Part shown: in pieces, positions 12,380 through 26,349 of the stretch | How positions within the stretch are numbered: position 1 is the first letter of the stretch | How the letters are laid out: every line of letters starts with the position of its first letter | Assembly (NCBI RefSeq): GCF_020745735.1 | Contig: NC_083450.1 | Span: forward strand, 4,667,479-4,731,478 | Direction: 5' to 3' | DNA length: 64,000 bases | Origin: Hemiscyllium ocellatum | Lineage: Eukaryota | Made by a program: the position numbers and the translations under genes | Notes under the pieces: generated by a model | What the model saw: the letters and a program-made list of their open reading frames with translations, nothing else | Database searches by the model: none | Told to the model about the DNA's origin: nothing

Positions 12380-12930
12380 AACTTGGGTCACATTTATAAT
12401 ATTGCATAAAGATCTGGTCGCCATACTCCAGAAGGATTGGGGGCTTTAGAAAAGGTTCAGAAAATGTTTACCAGGATGTTGGCTGGTTTAGAGCTTTTAG
12501 CTAGAAGGAAAGACGGGACAAACCTTATTTGTTTTCACTTCAATGTCGGGGGCTGAGGGGGGACCTGAGGGAACTTATACAATTATGAAAAACCATGGAT
12601 AGAATGAACATTCAGAATTTTTTTCCCAAAGTAGAAAAGGTCAATTAATGGGGAGCATAAAATAGTGAAAGATTAAAGCAGGTATGAAAGACAAGCTTTC
12701 TTCTTAAATGTAGGATGGGAAATGACTGTAATGTGCTCCTAGAGGAGGTGGTAGAAGCAGAGGCAATCGCAATGTTTAAGAGGCACCTTTTAGGTACATG
12801 AATACAGAGGGAATGCATTGGAAATTGACCATGTAGTGGCTAAAGGTTTTTAGTTTAGAGTGCATCACGTGTCGATGCAAGTTTGATGTGCAAAAGAGCC
12901 TGTTTCTGCGTTGTACATTATTTTTCGTTC
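12380..12930 (+). mobile_element. Degenerate CR1 3' fragment
   Basis: LEKVQKMFTRM-like and GDL.E-like remnants plus the GGCCTGTTTCTG tail. Confidence 0.7.
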
Positions 12931-13739
12931 TATGGCAGTAGATTTCCCTTCCCTTAAGGACATCAGTGATCCATTTGGGTTTTTTTCCCAACACGAGGAA
13001 TCATTAGACTCTCAATTCTAGATTTCTATTGAATTCAAATTCTAGCATCTGCCATGAGGCAGGATTCGACTTCAAGGTCCATAGAGTCTCCGAATTGACA
13101 GTCAAGCAAAACTACCACGAAGCAAACGCCTTCCCCGCCCTCTGCAGGACAACTATGGAGCTTTACCAATCATAAATATTTGAAAAAGAAAAACTGAAGG
13201 TGCATCTAATGACGTAAGGTTTTAATCAAATGGAATAAGAGAAGGATTTATCACCTCTGAGGTATACTAATGGGAAAATTGTAACGCACTCATCAACAAA
13301 CGCATTCAAGATTTGAGCAGGACACTTTCGTGGTTTGGCAGTGCTAAGCATATGGATTATGCTATGCAAAATAGAATCTGCATTGGATTGACGAGTAGGC
13401 CAGTGAGGAGGGAGTACTTCATAACAATTGTGGGATGAAAGAATATGAGGATAGACTGATGGTCTTAAGATGAATACATTCAGAAGTCTATATGGAACAG
13501 GAACATTGACGTATTGGGCTAAATGGTCCCTTCCTGATTTGTCAATGGTATGAAATGCAGGCAGTATTAGCTAGAAGAGAGGAGAAATGGAAATGATTCC
13601 TTAAGTTTCTGATCTGAATTGGCAAAGTTTCAGTCTGAGCCCTTGTCACCCACTGTGGAAAACCGAATGCCTCGAATACGCAGAAAGCTAATGAGAGAAC
13701 ACTGAGACACGTTGAAGAGAGAATAAATAACTTAGGAAT

Positions 13740-14130
13740 ATGCTCAATAAGAGTTTAGATGAATGAGGGGGATCTCATAGAGACCTAAAAAGTCTAGACA
13801 GGATAAACGCAGCAAGAATTTTCCCAATCACAGGGGAGTCCAGAACCAGGGGTTCACAATCTAAAAGAAATGGTGTAACACTAAGATGATGAGAAAGAGA
13901 ATCAGAAGCCAGTGGAATTCTTTATCACAAGAGCAGTTGAGACCAAGACATTGAATGATTTCAAGAAGGAGTGAGATATAGTTCCTCGGGTTGAAGGGAT
14001 CAAAGGGATATGGAAGGGCAAGTGGGGAAAAGGGACTGATTAGATTATCAAACATAATTCTATTGAATGATAGAGCAGGCTTGCAGGGCTGAATGGCCTA
14101 CTTTGCTCATATTTTCTACATTTCTATGTG
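13740..14130 (+). mobile_element. Degenerate CR1 3' fragment
   Basis: GGGGGATCTCATAGAGACC...GAATGGCCTACTTTGCTC followed by a TTCTA(T/C) tail. Confidence 0.7.
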
Positions 14131-14958
14131 TTTGAGGTAAACAATCAAATATGCAAGGGAGCATCCAGGACAATTAACACCTGGCATTGCTAAGAATTCA
14201 GTCTCAGGTCAATAATTAGCAGAGGAATGATCGGGGAATAGGCATCTCCCTGATATGAGACGCATTCACTGGTAAGAGTTTAAGTTGAGTTGATCAGAAC
14301 TGAGCAAGTACTTACAGTGTCATGGCTCCAAGCTCTTGCCGGCGGTGTGACGTTGCTCCTGATACTGTATGCTCCAATGGAGTCTGTTGTCCCAGAATGG
14401 GACCAACCCCCAGTATCCCATTTGGAAACATTCCAGTGGAATGGGAGATCACTTGGTTCGCCAATGGGATAGGTCCCATAGAAAATCTGTCATCTAGCAG
14501 CGAAGATAAGATTGTTATGTTTGGGGCACCTGATGGGGCTTAAGAGGAAGGAAGCATTTTCAGTTCACCATTGCTGGTCATTTCACAGTGAAAATTGAAT
14601 CGATTAACCTTAATTCTTAACTGTTAAGAGCAATTTTGTACCATTTCAAAATATAAGGGATATTCCAAAGAATTTGCACAGTAATAAACACCCGAATCAT
14701 TTCTCTGCACGCCCTCAGTCACCAGTGTATCTGTAGTCTGCCTATCATCAACTTCACCTGAAAATCTTCCATCTGGGGGCTTGTCTTTTTTCACATTATA
14801 AGCGAGTTGCAGAGGTTCTCATCGCTGCTGTTTGTACCAACTGAACAGCTCCCTTCACAAACCAACTCATGTGGCAACACAGCTTAACAGTGCTCCCAAC
14901 CAAGACAATTTGAAGAACTGAAGTCTGCTTAAGACAGCCTGAGAGACAGTAATTGAGG

Positions 14959-15553
14959 TGTATTGGACCAGGTTCGACCCACTCAAAACATTTCAAGAAA
15001 ATAGCCCGGACCCTAACTTTGTTAGTTGTTTTAAGCAGGTGTACTGTGGATATTCCAGAAGAGATGCAGCTAGCCCAACCAATTAGTTTTAAACAAAACA
15101 AGTTATTTGCAAGGCTTCCAAATGAAACACAAACAAAATAGAACAGAATACGGAATAACCTAATCTATCCGAAAACCCAATAGACTATCTCAACTTAATG
15201 ATGCTGTTCCAAATTCCTGTAACAATCTCCAGAAACACCCCTTGCTAATAAAAAAAGGACCTTACAGCAGACATATGGTGGAGAGATTCCGCATAGCGGT
15301 TTCTTGGGCCCCAGTCTCAAAACTGACTGCCTGCTTTCAGTGAACAGCCAGACTGCTGAAACCAAACCTGAGCTGGGAGAACTGGTCACTCCCTTTCCAT
15401 TGTACAATTTTTTTTCAACTTGAAAGCATTCTCAAGAATTAATCCCAGACTTTTCGAATCGCTCCTTTTACGACCTTTCTGTGTGGGGGGTGGGGGGGGT
15501 GGGTGGGGAAGCGAAGGATGGCATAACCTTGTTAAAGGAACATTGTCATCACA
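14959..15553 (-). mobile_element. Solo LTR (gypsy/Gmr1-type family)
   Basis: Reads TGTGATGAC...CCAATACA on the minus strand. Flanks GAGG / GCGG are a possible 4-bp TSD with one mismatch. Homologous to 8906-9568. Confidence 0.75.
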
Positions 15554-15766
15554 GCGGGAATGGAACATGCTGTGATTCGGCAGACAGCAGATGGAGCTGT
15601 GCTCGACAAAGGCAACTTTAGATCGTAAACTGAATGACAAATTATTCATGGGGCACCAATCAGATAAAATGATGAGAGAAAGAGAAAGGAAGTCAGGCGG
15701 ACAGGGAAGCAGAAGGAAATAACAAATGAAAGACAGACGAATGAATTATTGAGAGGAAGGAAGAAT

Positions 15767-16035
15767 GGGTGGCACTGCGGCTCAGCGGTTAGCACTGCTG
15801 CTTCACAGCACCAGGGCCCCGGGTTCGATTCCTGCTCCATACAACTGTCTGTGTGAGCTTACTCTGGGTGCTCTAGTTTCCTCCCACACGCCAAAGATGT
15901 GCAGGTTAGGTGAATTGCCCATCATGTTAGGGGCATTCATCAGGGGTAAACATAAGGTAGGGGAATGGGTCTGGGTGGGTTATTCTTTGGAGGGTTGGTG
16001 TGGACTTGCTGGGCTGAAGGGCCTGGTTCCACAGA
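15767..16035 (+). mobile_element. HE1/V-SINE-type tRNA-derived SINE
   Basis: GGGTGGCAC..GGCTCAGCGGTTAGC (A box), GGTTCGATTCC (B box), V-domain-like core and CR1-like 3' tail. Confidence 0.85.
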
Positions 16036-16379
16036 GGGAATCTAACCATAGATACGTTATTGATTCGTGAAGGGATCCAGTGAAAAGACAGGAGAGTGGA
16101 GTTGGCAAAGCACATCAGCAGACTCGGTGGGCTGAGTGGCCTAATTATGGTCCTATTTAGGCAACTACAATCATGCAATGATCTGCATTGCACCTGCCAC
16201 TCTCTCCATCCCACCCCAAGCTTTATTGTTTAACTTGCTCTATTCCATGGTTTCTCACAGGGCAACAGATCAGTCTTCTCTTGACCATAACTCCATTCTC
16301 CCTTTTTTAATCAATTTTCGCACCAGCCTGTTCAGAGATGTTATGACATGTGAACTTGGAGCAGATGGGACTTGAACCC

Positions 16380-16735
16380 GGGTATTGCCACTTCCCCACA
16401 CGGTGACTACACTCTGCATGTAAAAACATTGCCCATGACTTTTTTAAAATCCTCCCCCTCTCGCCTTAAAAATATATCCTGTGGTCTTGAAGTCGCTCAC
16501 TCCAAGGAAAAGACAGCTACTATTCAGCTAAACTATACCTTTCATGGCTTGATAAACCTTTCTAAGGTCACCCCCCTCAACTTTCAATGTAAAAAGCCCC
16601 ATCCTATCCAGCCTCCCCTTGTAACTTAAACCCTCCATTCCCATAATATCCTGGTAAATCTCTTCTGAACCCTCTCCAGTTTCATAACCAGAACTGGACT
16701 CAGTGCTCCAGAGAGTAACCAGATGTTGTTGAAAC
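16380..16735 (-). mobile_element. Degenerate CR1 3' fragment
   Basis: ORF 16528-16737: GMEGLSYKGRLDRMGLFTL...GDLRKVY. Confidence 0.75.
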
Positions 16736-18578
16736 ACAAGTAAAAGTCGACTTCAGCATAATTTATCATAAAATAATGAGGCCAAAATAGTTACTAAATC
16801 TCGTGTTTGTGTTTGGTGACCACACTGCTCCTTTGGAAGTGTGACCCTTGGCATTAACCACATTATGGACTAATGTGCACATCTCCCTAATCTGCACATC
16901 TCCTGTTGCTTTCAAGAGTTAACAGGTTAGCAACACAATGATATTGGCCCTCTACCTTCTGTCTCCAGGGTGTGATGGGATGTTGGGTACCATTCAACCT
17001 AGACATTTGATATTTCTCCCCATATTACAAGATAAACAGCAAGAGGACAATGATAGGCTTAAGGTGCGGATTTAGGGGTGAGTGAATAATGTGGACTGGC
17101 CAGAATGCAAACGAATCGCATAACTGTAATTGATTACTGATTCCTAATCCTCTGGCTTCTGTGGCCTGAAACTTGCAGAGCATACTAGAGGACAGGGTTA
17201 AAACGGACATAAAGTTATTCATGTTTATTTATGAACTATCAATAGTGTTTTTTATTATTCACTCACGGGGTGAGGGCATCGCTAGCTAAGCCAACCCTAA
17301 TTGCCCAGAGGGAAGTTAAGAGTCAACCGCATTGCTGTGTGGAGTTACATTTAGGCCAGACTAGATAAGGATGGCAATTTCCTCCCCTAAAGGACATTAG
17401 TGAAACCAGATGGTTCTTCCATCAATCAACGTGGATTCATGGTCATCATTAGACTCTTACTTCGAGGTTTTACTAGTACAAATTCCACCACCTGCCTTTC
17501 TGGGATCTCTCCATCTAAGGGAGTCGAGGGTTCGAGGGAAAGGGCAGGAGAGTGGATGCTAGGGATGTCAGATCAGACACGATCCTGTTGAATGGTGAAG
17601 CAGGCGCAACGGGCAGATTGGTCCACACCTGGTCCTATTTCTTGTGCTCTTGTGCCATCAGAAGATAATAAAAACGATCAGAGCTTTACAATCAGGCAAA
17701 AAACAAAAAGTTGTTAGTTCCATACCCTTCAGTTAGACTGTTGCAACTAGAATACCTCGACAGTTTTGCAGTTTCAAAACAGGTACTGTATAATGTTGAG
17801 CTGTGCAATATAATGCTACTTTTTTTTAATGAGTGAGTGGGAGAAATCAAACCTGCGTAGCACTAAAAGTCTTTGAGTTAAAGAATATCTGTCTGACAAC
17901 AGCCCTCAAATGTGTCCAGCTGCAACGTGCACAAAAGTAAAGTGACAGAGCAGCAACAGAGGGAAAGCGTCCAAAGTGTGCAGACACAACGCATCCATCT
18001 CTCCCTCCTCACTTAGGAAAATGAAATAAATGTTAGCAGCAAAATTAGAAATAATTCGAAAACAAGGTAAGAACTGGGTCCTTCTGATTGAGATAACGGC
18101 AAATGGCAGTCGTAGAGTCATACAGCACAAAAGACCCCCATTTCAGTGCCTCGAGTCTGTGTCAACCTATCTCCACTCTTTCTGCTTCCCAGCACTTGGC
18201 CCACAGTCATAGCTAAAATCACATGGACTGTTGATTGCCTGGACTTTGTTTATCTTATCCTCATTATTTTCTGTCCAATGCATGTGCATTAAATGTGCAT
18301 GGGAACACCAAAACTTTCAGGTTCCCCTCAGAGCCACTCACGTTTCTGACTTGGAAGCATATCGCCGTTCCTTCATTGTCGCTGGGTCAAAACGCTGTAA
18401 TACCCTCCCTAAGGGCATTGAGTGTCAATCTACACCAGGTGGACTGCTGCGGTTCAAGAAGGCTGCTCAGCACCACCTTCTCATGGGGCAACCAGGGATG
18501 GGGAATGAATGTTGGCCAGCCAACGACGCTAACGTCCTACAATTTTCTTTATAAACTAATGTTGTTTATCTGTTGTAA

Positions 18579-18653
<75 letters not shown>

Positions 18654-20508
18654 GTTTGGGAATTTGCAGAGGAGAGGTAAGTTGTTGAATAATAGATGAC
18701 ATCTTATTTCTTTGTTCTCCTCTTGTTAATCTTAGCTATGTTATTAAAACAGTTGTTTTGCCATTACTGATAAAGCTCGAAGTGAATTCATTTGTTCTGA
18801 GTAACACTCAGTTACGCAAATTTCTCATTTTGACAATCTGAGTGGAATTTGACACATTCATACTTTTTTAAAACTGTTCGCAAAACAGAGCTGCGGGATT
18901 ACTGATGAACTCTTTCAAATGATGACATAGGGACCCATCCTGGACCACTTCTGAAGTGCAGATGGTTTATATGCACGGTTATCCTATGGAAATCCCAATG
19001 TAAGAGACTCTGAAGGAATTGCTGAAACGTCTGAAGTCTCCAAAGCTATCTGGTTAAGAATTCGATGGGTACAACTAGCATTAAGAGAGTAGTTTCAAAA
19101 CGTCTAGCTACTAAAATCCTATTTTAACACCAAAGTAACCATTCAACTGACAAGCAATGTACCTTGCACTCCCTCGTAAATGCACAAACTTCTGACCTCT
19201 TTACACCCACTTCCCCAGGTTCCAAAATACAAAGGTTTTGGACTCAACCATCCATGTCACACTATCTAACACACATTTCCCCCACACCTGTCACACCCAT
19301 CACAACTGTCTACATCCCTTCGCCTGCCCCTATCCCCATCCCCATCCCCATCGCCAGGCCTGACAGCAAACTTCGTAGTTGGAACCAATACATCCCACCT
19401 CTGATTTTGACCCGTCTCCCCTGGCCCCACCCCTTTGAGATCAAAATCTCCTTAGCCCCCAAGACCTGACACAAGCCCCCACTCTCCCTACCCCAGTCCT
19501 CTTGGCTGGCACGATATCTGCACACACCTCTGATGCTCCACCACTGATGCTCAGTGGCATTCTTTTTTGTTCTCTTCTGGAAGTGTTCCAGTCATTGTAT
19601 CTGTTTTGGTGATTTTTAACTTGAGTTGGAAAATAATTCATTTGAATCATATCCAAGTATATATGATGAGAACTTCCTGGCTGACGCAATAGAAGATCGA
19701 CCCTTTATTATTGTCTTGAGCACACAGAAGACAAAATAAAACTTAACCATTACATTTGACTTGCTCACTGATGTATTGGAATTGATATTGCAAGCAATGC
19801 TCAACTGAGACTAGACAGATATCACACAATGTGTGAAATTAAGAGTTTATGCCCTTAGATTTCTGTAATAGGATTTTATAATATTAGGGTTTACGCCGAA
19901 GCTGACGATATTATTTGGGGTTAAAGGATGCTATAGCTATATCAATGCATTAAACAGTGACCATGTTTAGGGGTTGTGAAGACAAGCAGGTTAGGTTTTT
20001 GATAGAAGTTTAAAGTTTAATGCTGTTTGAGAAGAAACTATGTTACAAGGTGGGGTGAGGACAAACTATTGGACAGAGATGTCTAGAAGGACTGTCCTTC
20101 ATTGTAACCTCACTCAGCTGGTGTGCAAATTGAATTACTATCACTCTGCATCACAAACCAGTTGCCAAGCCAAGTGATTTCATCTATTCCACACCCCTTC
20201 CCGAATCAGATTGTACATCCAACTGAATTAATGCCAGTCCAATTGTTTTAATCAAAAAATCATGTTCGGGTTTTTGGAGTTTTACAAATTAATACCAGAG
20301 AGAATTATATTATATTCGTATGGAATTACCTCAGCTGTTGCAATCTGTCCTTTTCATCATACCAAGCTAACTTGTAAAATAAATGTCACAAGTATGCTAT
20401 CCCTGTGGAGATGCCACCGAGTATAAATATTCTGGGAAAATAGCATTTCAGAGCTTCCGTCATAGAGATTGCTTTGAGCAGGGAAGGAGGAGTTTATTCC
20501 CAGAGAAA

Positions 20509-23389
20509 ATGCATCTTCTCAGGCAATCAGTTGCAAAAATATGCTACACAATCCTTGCAATGGTTGGTGACCCTGGTAAGTGACCATTACCATTGAAGTT
20601 GCATCGACTTGCATCAGGGAAGGTTTCTGCTTTTGTGTACATTTTATTACTAAAACTAGTTATATCGAGACATTGTTCAGAGAAGTCAATGCATTATTTT
20701 CGTTCTATGTGGCATCAGCACTTTTTGATCACTTGCCTCAATTAAACGAAAGACTCTGTTTGTGGTTCACAGGCTTGATGAATTATAGAAGCATCAAAGG
20801 CTATCGGGATAATGTTACGAAACATTGAACATAGAATCAAGGGTTGGTCATTTGGTCCTTTGAACTTGCTCCTCCTTTCAACGTCATCATGATTGAACAT
20901 TCAACTCAGCTCTCACTTGCTCCCCCAATATCCTTTGATCCCTTTAGAACTATATCTACGTCCTTCTCAAAGGCATTCAATGTTTTGGCTTCAAATGTTT
21001 TCTGAAGCCGAGATTTCCACAGACTTAGTACTCCGACTGAAGACATATCTCCTCATCTCAGTCCTATCTTGTACCATTAGACTGTGAGCCCCGGTTCAGG
21101 GCTCCATCAGGAGCATTCCTCCTGCATTTATCATGTTAGCTCATGTTAGAACTTTGTGGGTTGATCTCAGGGAGTTGTCTTAACCAGAGTAGAACGAGGT
21201 TTCCCTCTTATCATTGATGGATTGAGTGCTGGGACACCTTCAAACAAGAGCAGAGATAATTGTCAGGCAATGGTTTAAATTGGGTCCATGAGAGCCTCAC
21301 AAACTGAAACATAGTTCAAATCTGTTGTTACCCTCACTTGGATAACCACTCAGTGGTTAGCACTGCTGCCTCACAGTGCCAGGAAACCAGCTTCAATTCC
21401 AGCCTCAGGCAACTGTCTGTGTGGAGTTTGCATACTCTCCCCATGTCTGTGTGGGTTTCCTTCTTGTGCTCTGGTTTCCTCACAATCCAAAGATGTGCAG
21501 GTTAGGTGAATTGGCCATGCTAAATTGCCGATAGTGTTCAGGGATGTGTAAGTTAAGTGTACTAGTCAGGAGTAAATGTAGAGGAATGGGTCTGAGTGGG
21601 TTACTCTTTGGAAGGTAGGTGTGGATTTGTTGGGCTGAAGGGCCTCTTTCGGCACGGTAGGGATTCTACAGAGTAATAAATTTGTGATTGTCCACTGACA
21701 CGAGGAAGGGTCTGGTTTCTGAGATGCATGGGATGTAATATCTGTGCGTGGGTAGGGTGTGCCTTATACCTGCAAGTGTCTGGGTACTTTGAGAGACCGT
21801 CTGTTTGGAGGGAATGCTCCAAATTCCTGCTGGTGACGATGAAAAACTTCCTCAATTATGGTCCTAGTTTTGATTTTTTTCAGGCAAGTAGATGGAGTCA
21901 TATCAATATTACATATCCTGTGGAATTTACTTTTCAAGAGTTCTCCCATAGCTCACTTGTCTGGACATCTCAGGATATTCACAATGATATCTTGTCCGAA
22001 GCACGATTATGTAATTCCAATCCAGAGGTATAGCCCAGTGTAGAGGTCTGTCTTAATTTCAGAAATGCTGTATATCAGGATGGTACATTTTGATCTATAG
22101 AATGTTCCTTAATCTGTGAGAAGTCCTCTACCTCCGGGAAATTCCCTGCCTCTGACAGCTGAACTCCTTTCTTGGGACGTGGTGCAAGTCATGATTGTGT
22201 GTCTCCTAACTTGAGCAGTGAATACAGTCCCAGATTTTCTGAATTCTATTATGCCTTCTTATCCATTTCTTGTCAGGTGCTGGGTAGCTGCTTGAACTTT
22301 GTTAAATTGTTAAATTAGAGGGAGACTGAGGCTGTTGTTGAGAATTTTTAACTTCAGAACATGTGATACCAATCCACTGGTTTTTAATGCTGTATTTCAT
22401 CTCTAATTGTCTGGGCGCAAATATCTGGAATGCGATGATTCCCAGTTCTCAAATATTTCTCTCTTCTGTTTTGCAGTTAATTTGATATCGATTGTGATCC
22501 TGTCCCTGGAAAACTGTGGTCTCTCTAACTGCACCATTCGCAATCTGGTAGCTATGGCAGTAGTAGATCTCTCTGTCATTATCACTGAGGTGACAATTCA
22601 ATTGGTTTATTTCCCAGTATGTTTCCTGGACATCACCCCTGTGTGCCGCATCTGCTATATCCTCATGTATGCAGCAAGAGATGCTCAGTCTGGTTCACGG
22701 TCACTTTCACCTTCAGGCTGAAGAGCAAATGTTGCACTGAAAAAACTGCAACCATAATTCTTGCAACAAGCTGTGTTCTGTTCTGTTTAAAAAACATCCC
22801 TTACTACTTTGTATATGAGCCTGGGAAAATCATTAACAATGTCCCTGGTTATGTAATGTGAAATCGGGCTATTATGCTGAGGCTGCATGGGTGGCATTTG
22901 ACTCGTTTGCTGCGGTTTTAAGCCCATTACTCCCATTTGCTTTAATACTTATGTTCAACTTTCTAACTGTTCGACGCATTTTGACAGTCAGTCAGGTCTG
23001 CAAGGCCATAAGGGGTCAAACGAAGAGAGGGAATCCCAGTGACCCAGAAATGGAAAACAGAAGTATGTCTGTGATTTTACTTTTTGCTATATCAGGAAGC
23101 TTCATACTTTTGTGGCTGGTGTATGTCTTACATACCTTTGATATTGCAGATCGATTAGATCGTGATTCATTTTACACCTTCGGGCAAGTTGGATTCGTGC
23201 TGTCTAATTTAAGCACCTAATACATTTATCTATGTGACAACTCAGTCCAAGTTCAGAGGTCATTTCAGAAGTATGATGAAATATCCGCTTACATTGACCA
23301 TTCAATTAATCAATGCATCAAACAGAAGATGGCAAACCAAACACCCAGCAGATATAAGCAAGCTGGGAAGTCAACAGGATCAAAACTAA
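20509..23389 (+). pseudogene. GPR139-like GPCR pseudogene (exon 1 20509-20575; exon 2 22477-23389)
   Basis: Exon 1 MHLLRQSVAKICYTILAMVGDP is 67 nt with donor G|GTAAGT; acceptor TTTTGCAG at 22476. Exon 2 is collinear with the intact gene (FLDITPVC, LKNIP, EPGKIINNVP, LLPFALIL.FN, SVILLFAISGSFILLW, YTFGQVGF, NTFIY). Frameshifts at ~22682, ~22846 and ~23218, plus a 9-codon deletion removing the DRY segment. Confidence 0.92.
21345..21670 (+). mobile_element. HE1-type SINE in the pseudogene intron
   Basis: CTCAGTGGTTAGCACTGCTGCCTCACAG...GTGGAGTTTGCA...GGTTTCCTC.CAC..TCCAAAGATGTGCAGGTTAGG. Confidence 0.85.
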
Positions 23390-23444
23390 GGGACATAATG
23401 AGATTAATAGGTATTGAGAAATGAAAAGCCTTTGTTCTGACCAG

Positions 23445-25310
23445 TGTGACAACGCTAGGGCTTTGAAAGGCGTATTTAGTCCTTTTTTTGAGGAGAAGTT
23501 ATAAGATAAAGGTTCTAAGTTGCCTGTTTAGATCCAATAAAGTAAATACTTTGTGAAGCCGTGGGCTATGTCCTAAGTTGGAACAATAGAAGTAGTCTAA
23601 ATGCAAGCTGCCACGGAACCAGGATTTTTAGCTTTACTTTTCCAGTTGCAATTACTGGGTCTTAAAGATGGGTTGAAGCTGTAGTATATCTCTCCATGCT
23701 GCTCTCTCTCAGAGTTTTCTATTGATGTTTTTCCTCTTGCTGCAGGTGTTGCATGTGAGACAATGTATCTTTCTGAACTTGTCTTTTGTCAGGTGTTTGT
23801 TTATGGGATATTACTGAATTGAAACAGTTACTGTTCAGTAGTAAATAAACAATCTATCATTCTGCGTAGCGTACCAATGGAGTTATTCGAATTTCTTTCC
23901 TAATGTTGTATTTCAGCAAGGGTGTATGAATGAAGTGTGTTTTGCCTAACATCACGGAAGTTTAATCAATCGAATTGCATCTGGAACACACCTTACATTC
24001 ACCTTTAAAATAAGAAAAAATTGGGGTCTAGAGTATGCTCTGCATATATTTTGAAGGTTTTATAGTCTGGTCTATAACAAATTGGGAGTTCTTGCCAGGA
24101 TCAAATATTCTAATTCCAAATTGGGTTGAGGATTGTTGGACTCAACGACAGTGAGCGAAGTGTTTGGTGTGTTTCATACACAATGAGTGTTGAATTTAGT
24201 TGATTTAAACAAGGCCTTAGGTAACAATGCCTCTTTCATTCACTAATAGTCTTCTAGGAGTCAAAGACGTCACTTCAGGATTTTCATTGAAAATGATCAA
24301 GGCAAACTTCGGAATTGGCAAAACAAGCTGGAATTGGGGCTGCTTATGTCCAAAAGGAAATCGGAAATAATTGTGGCAATCACGCAACATTTACAATTGC
24401 CAGGGATGCCATCAGAATCTTTGGAAATGGCTAAAATATGATTGAAATGGAACCCTTTGAATATGAAAGGGAAAGGCAACAGTTTGAATTGTGATTAAAA
24501 GCAGAGGAAGACCCCACCAGAAGAAAGGAAGAAAAGAAGAATATTAAAGTTGGGATAAAAGAATGCCATTTTTTTTCAGTAAGGGATGCCCCTAATGAAT
24601 CTACCAAATTCAGTCCACTTGAATTAGCCTTTGGGCATGAGATGAGAGGACCACTGAAATTAGGGAGAATGTGGTGAGTCAGAGTTCAGAGGCTACACAT
24701 TTGGACTATGTGTAAAATTTTAGGGAAAGATTAAATCAAGTAGGTGAGTTGGTGAGACAGCATTTGAAAATAGCACAGCTATTTTGAAATGAAAGAGTAA
24801 GCAGACAACCAATCAAAACTTGGCATTTTGCAAATGAATATAAACTACAGAGTATTGGTGTTAATTCCAGTGCCATGTGTACTTTTGAGGGCAAGGATCG
24901 GTGGGCCTTATCAAATTTAAAGGAAATTGAGTGAGGTGAACTACTTGATAAGAATACCAGGTAGAAAGAAATCTCCAGGTTTCTTTTGTGCCATGTGAAT
25001 GTGCTCAAAGGTATTTTGATAAGGAAATAAAGCAAAAGGAGAATGTTGTATTAGTTACAGTGAAACGTGAAGAACGAAGTCCAGATGAGTCTGAATTGGA
25101 CATTCCTCAAATTACACAGGACAATGAGAAAGTTCTCAAAAATTGGGAGAAATTGCTGAGTTACCTTCCTGAATAAAATCAAAATGACCTGAAACAATTG
25201 TTACAATTACGTGGAGAGACACGTGGGATTACTCTGGGAAGTGCTAATCTAATTACACATGACATAGATATAGGAAATGCTGTTCCAGTTAAGCAACATC
25301 CTGATAGATT
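23445..25310 (+). mobile_element. Gmr1-like Ty3/gypsy LTR retrotransposon remnant (LTR 23445-24079, PBS-like site, gag, integrase, then RT start)
   Basis: LTR runs TGTGAC...CTATAACA and is followed by ATTGGGAGTTCTTGCCAGGATC (degenerate TGGGGGCTCGTCCGGGAT-type PBS). Gag-like sequence at ~24300. Integrase C-terminus VRDAPNESTKFSPLELAFGHEMRGPL (~24580) and GPYQI...VNYLI...CHVN (~24900). RT N-terminus LITHDIDIGNAVPVKQHP (~25250). Confidence 0.8.
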
Positions 25311-26349
25311 TAAAAGGATTGTGTATCAATGGAGTTCATTGCCCCAGAGTGCAGTGGACGGCAAGCTGCTGATTAAATGTAAGGAGGGATTAAATCGATT
25401 TTGAAGTAAAGATTTGTTAAAAATTTTATGGGGAGCGGGGAAGCCAAGTGAAGTGAAGGTTGACATGGGATAAATCACTATTTTATTGAATGGTGCAACA
25501 TGCTGAACAGTCTACTCATGTTCTATATTCAAGATCTCCTATGAGGGAAAGATGTGAACGATGGTCAACTGGACAGTAATGGTGTGGAACTTGGAAAACA
25601 GAAATAAGACGTGAGCTAAGGGGCGAACAGTGATGGTTAGCTTGAGATTATTGACAAGAGGATGAGAACATTCTCAGCAGTGATGACCCACTCTCAGGAA
25701 GTGGCAACGAGAGGGTTGGACTAGTCAACATGAAGTGTCAGGTATTGTCATTTGCTGGGGAAAAGGTTTGTACTTGGCAGCATATTACAGTCTTAATCCA
25801 AGATTTCACTGAATTAAAATTCCAACATCCGCTGCGATGTGATGTAAACCTGAATCCGTGGAGTATTACCTGGGTTTCTGTGTTAACAGACTGGCATTAA
25901 TACCATGAAACCATCACTTCCAATGTAGTACGCAGATTTCAATCACCTGTTGAGTTTTTGTGGTCCATTTGTCTATGTGTTTGCTCATCTGTCTTACCCT
26001 CTGCCAAACATTCTGTCTCTGTCTGTGTCTCACCCTTCTCTTGCATGACTCTCTATCTCTCTCTCCCTCCCTCTCTCCCTGTCTCCCTCTCTTTCGCTCT
26101 GTCCCACCATCACACCCCTCCTCCCCATTTTGGAATGTTCATGATTGTGCATCACGTCATCTGAATGATGATATGTGAAAGATCTCAAAAAGTGCCTTAT
26201 TATTTTAATAGAGTTATAAATACAAATGCGTATCACTGTTTTCTGCTCTCTGCCACTGACTCATTGTTTAGCATTTTCCCTTATAATTATAACCGAATTC
26301 TTTCTTTCTTTCTCTCTGCATGTGTGTATCTATCTATCTATGTATCTCT

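Noticed and set aside
15767-16035. Functional tRNA genes at the A/B-box sequences
   Set aside because: They are the tRNA-derived heads of HE1-type SINEs, followed by the SINE core and LINE tail.
21680-22400. Short minus-strand ORFs in the pseudogene intron
   Set aside because: Probably a decayed repeat; no motif I can assign.
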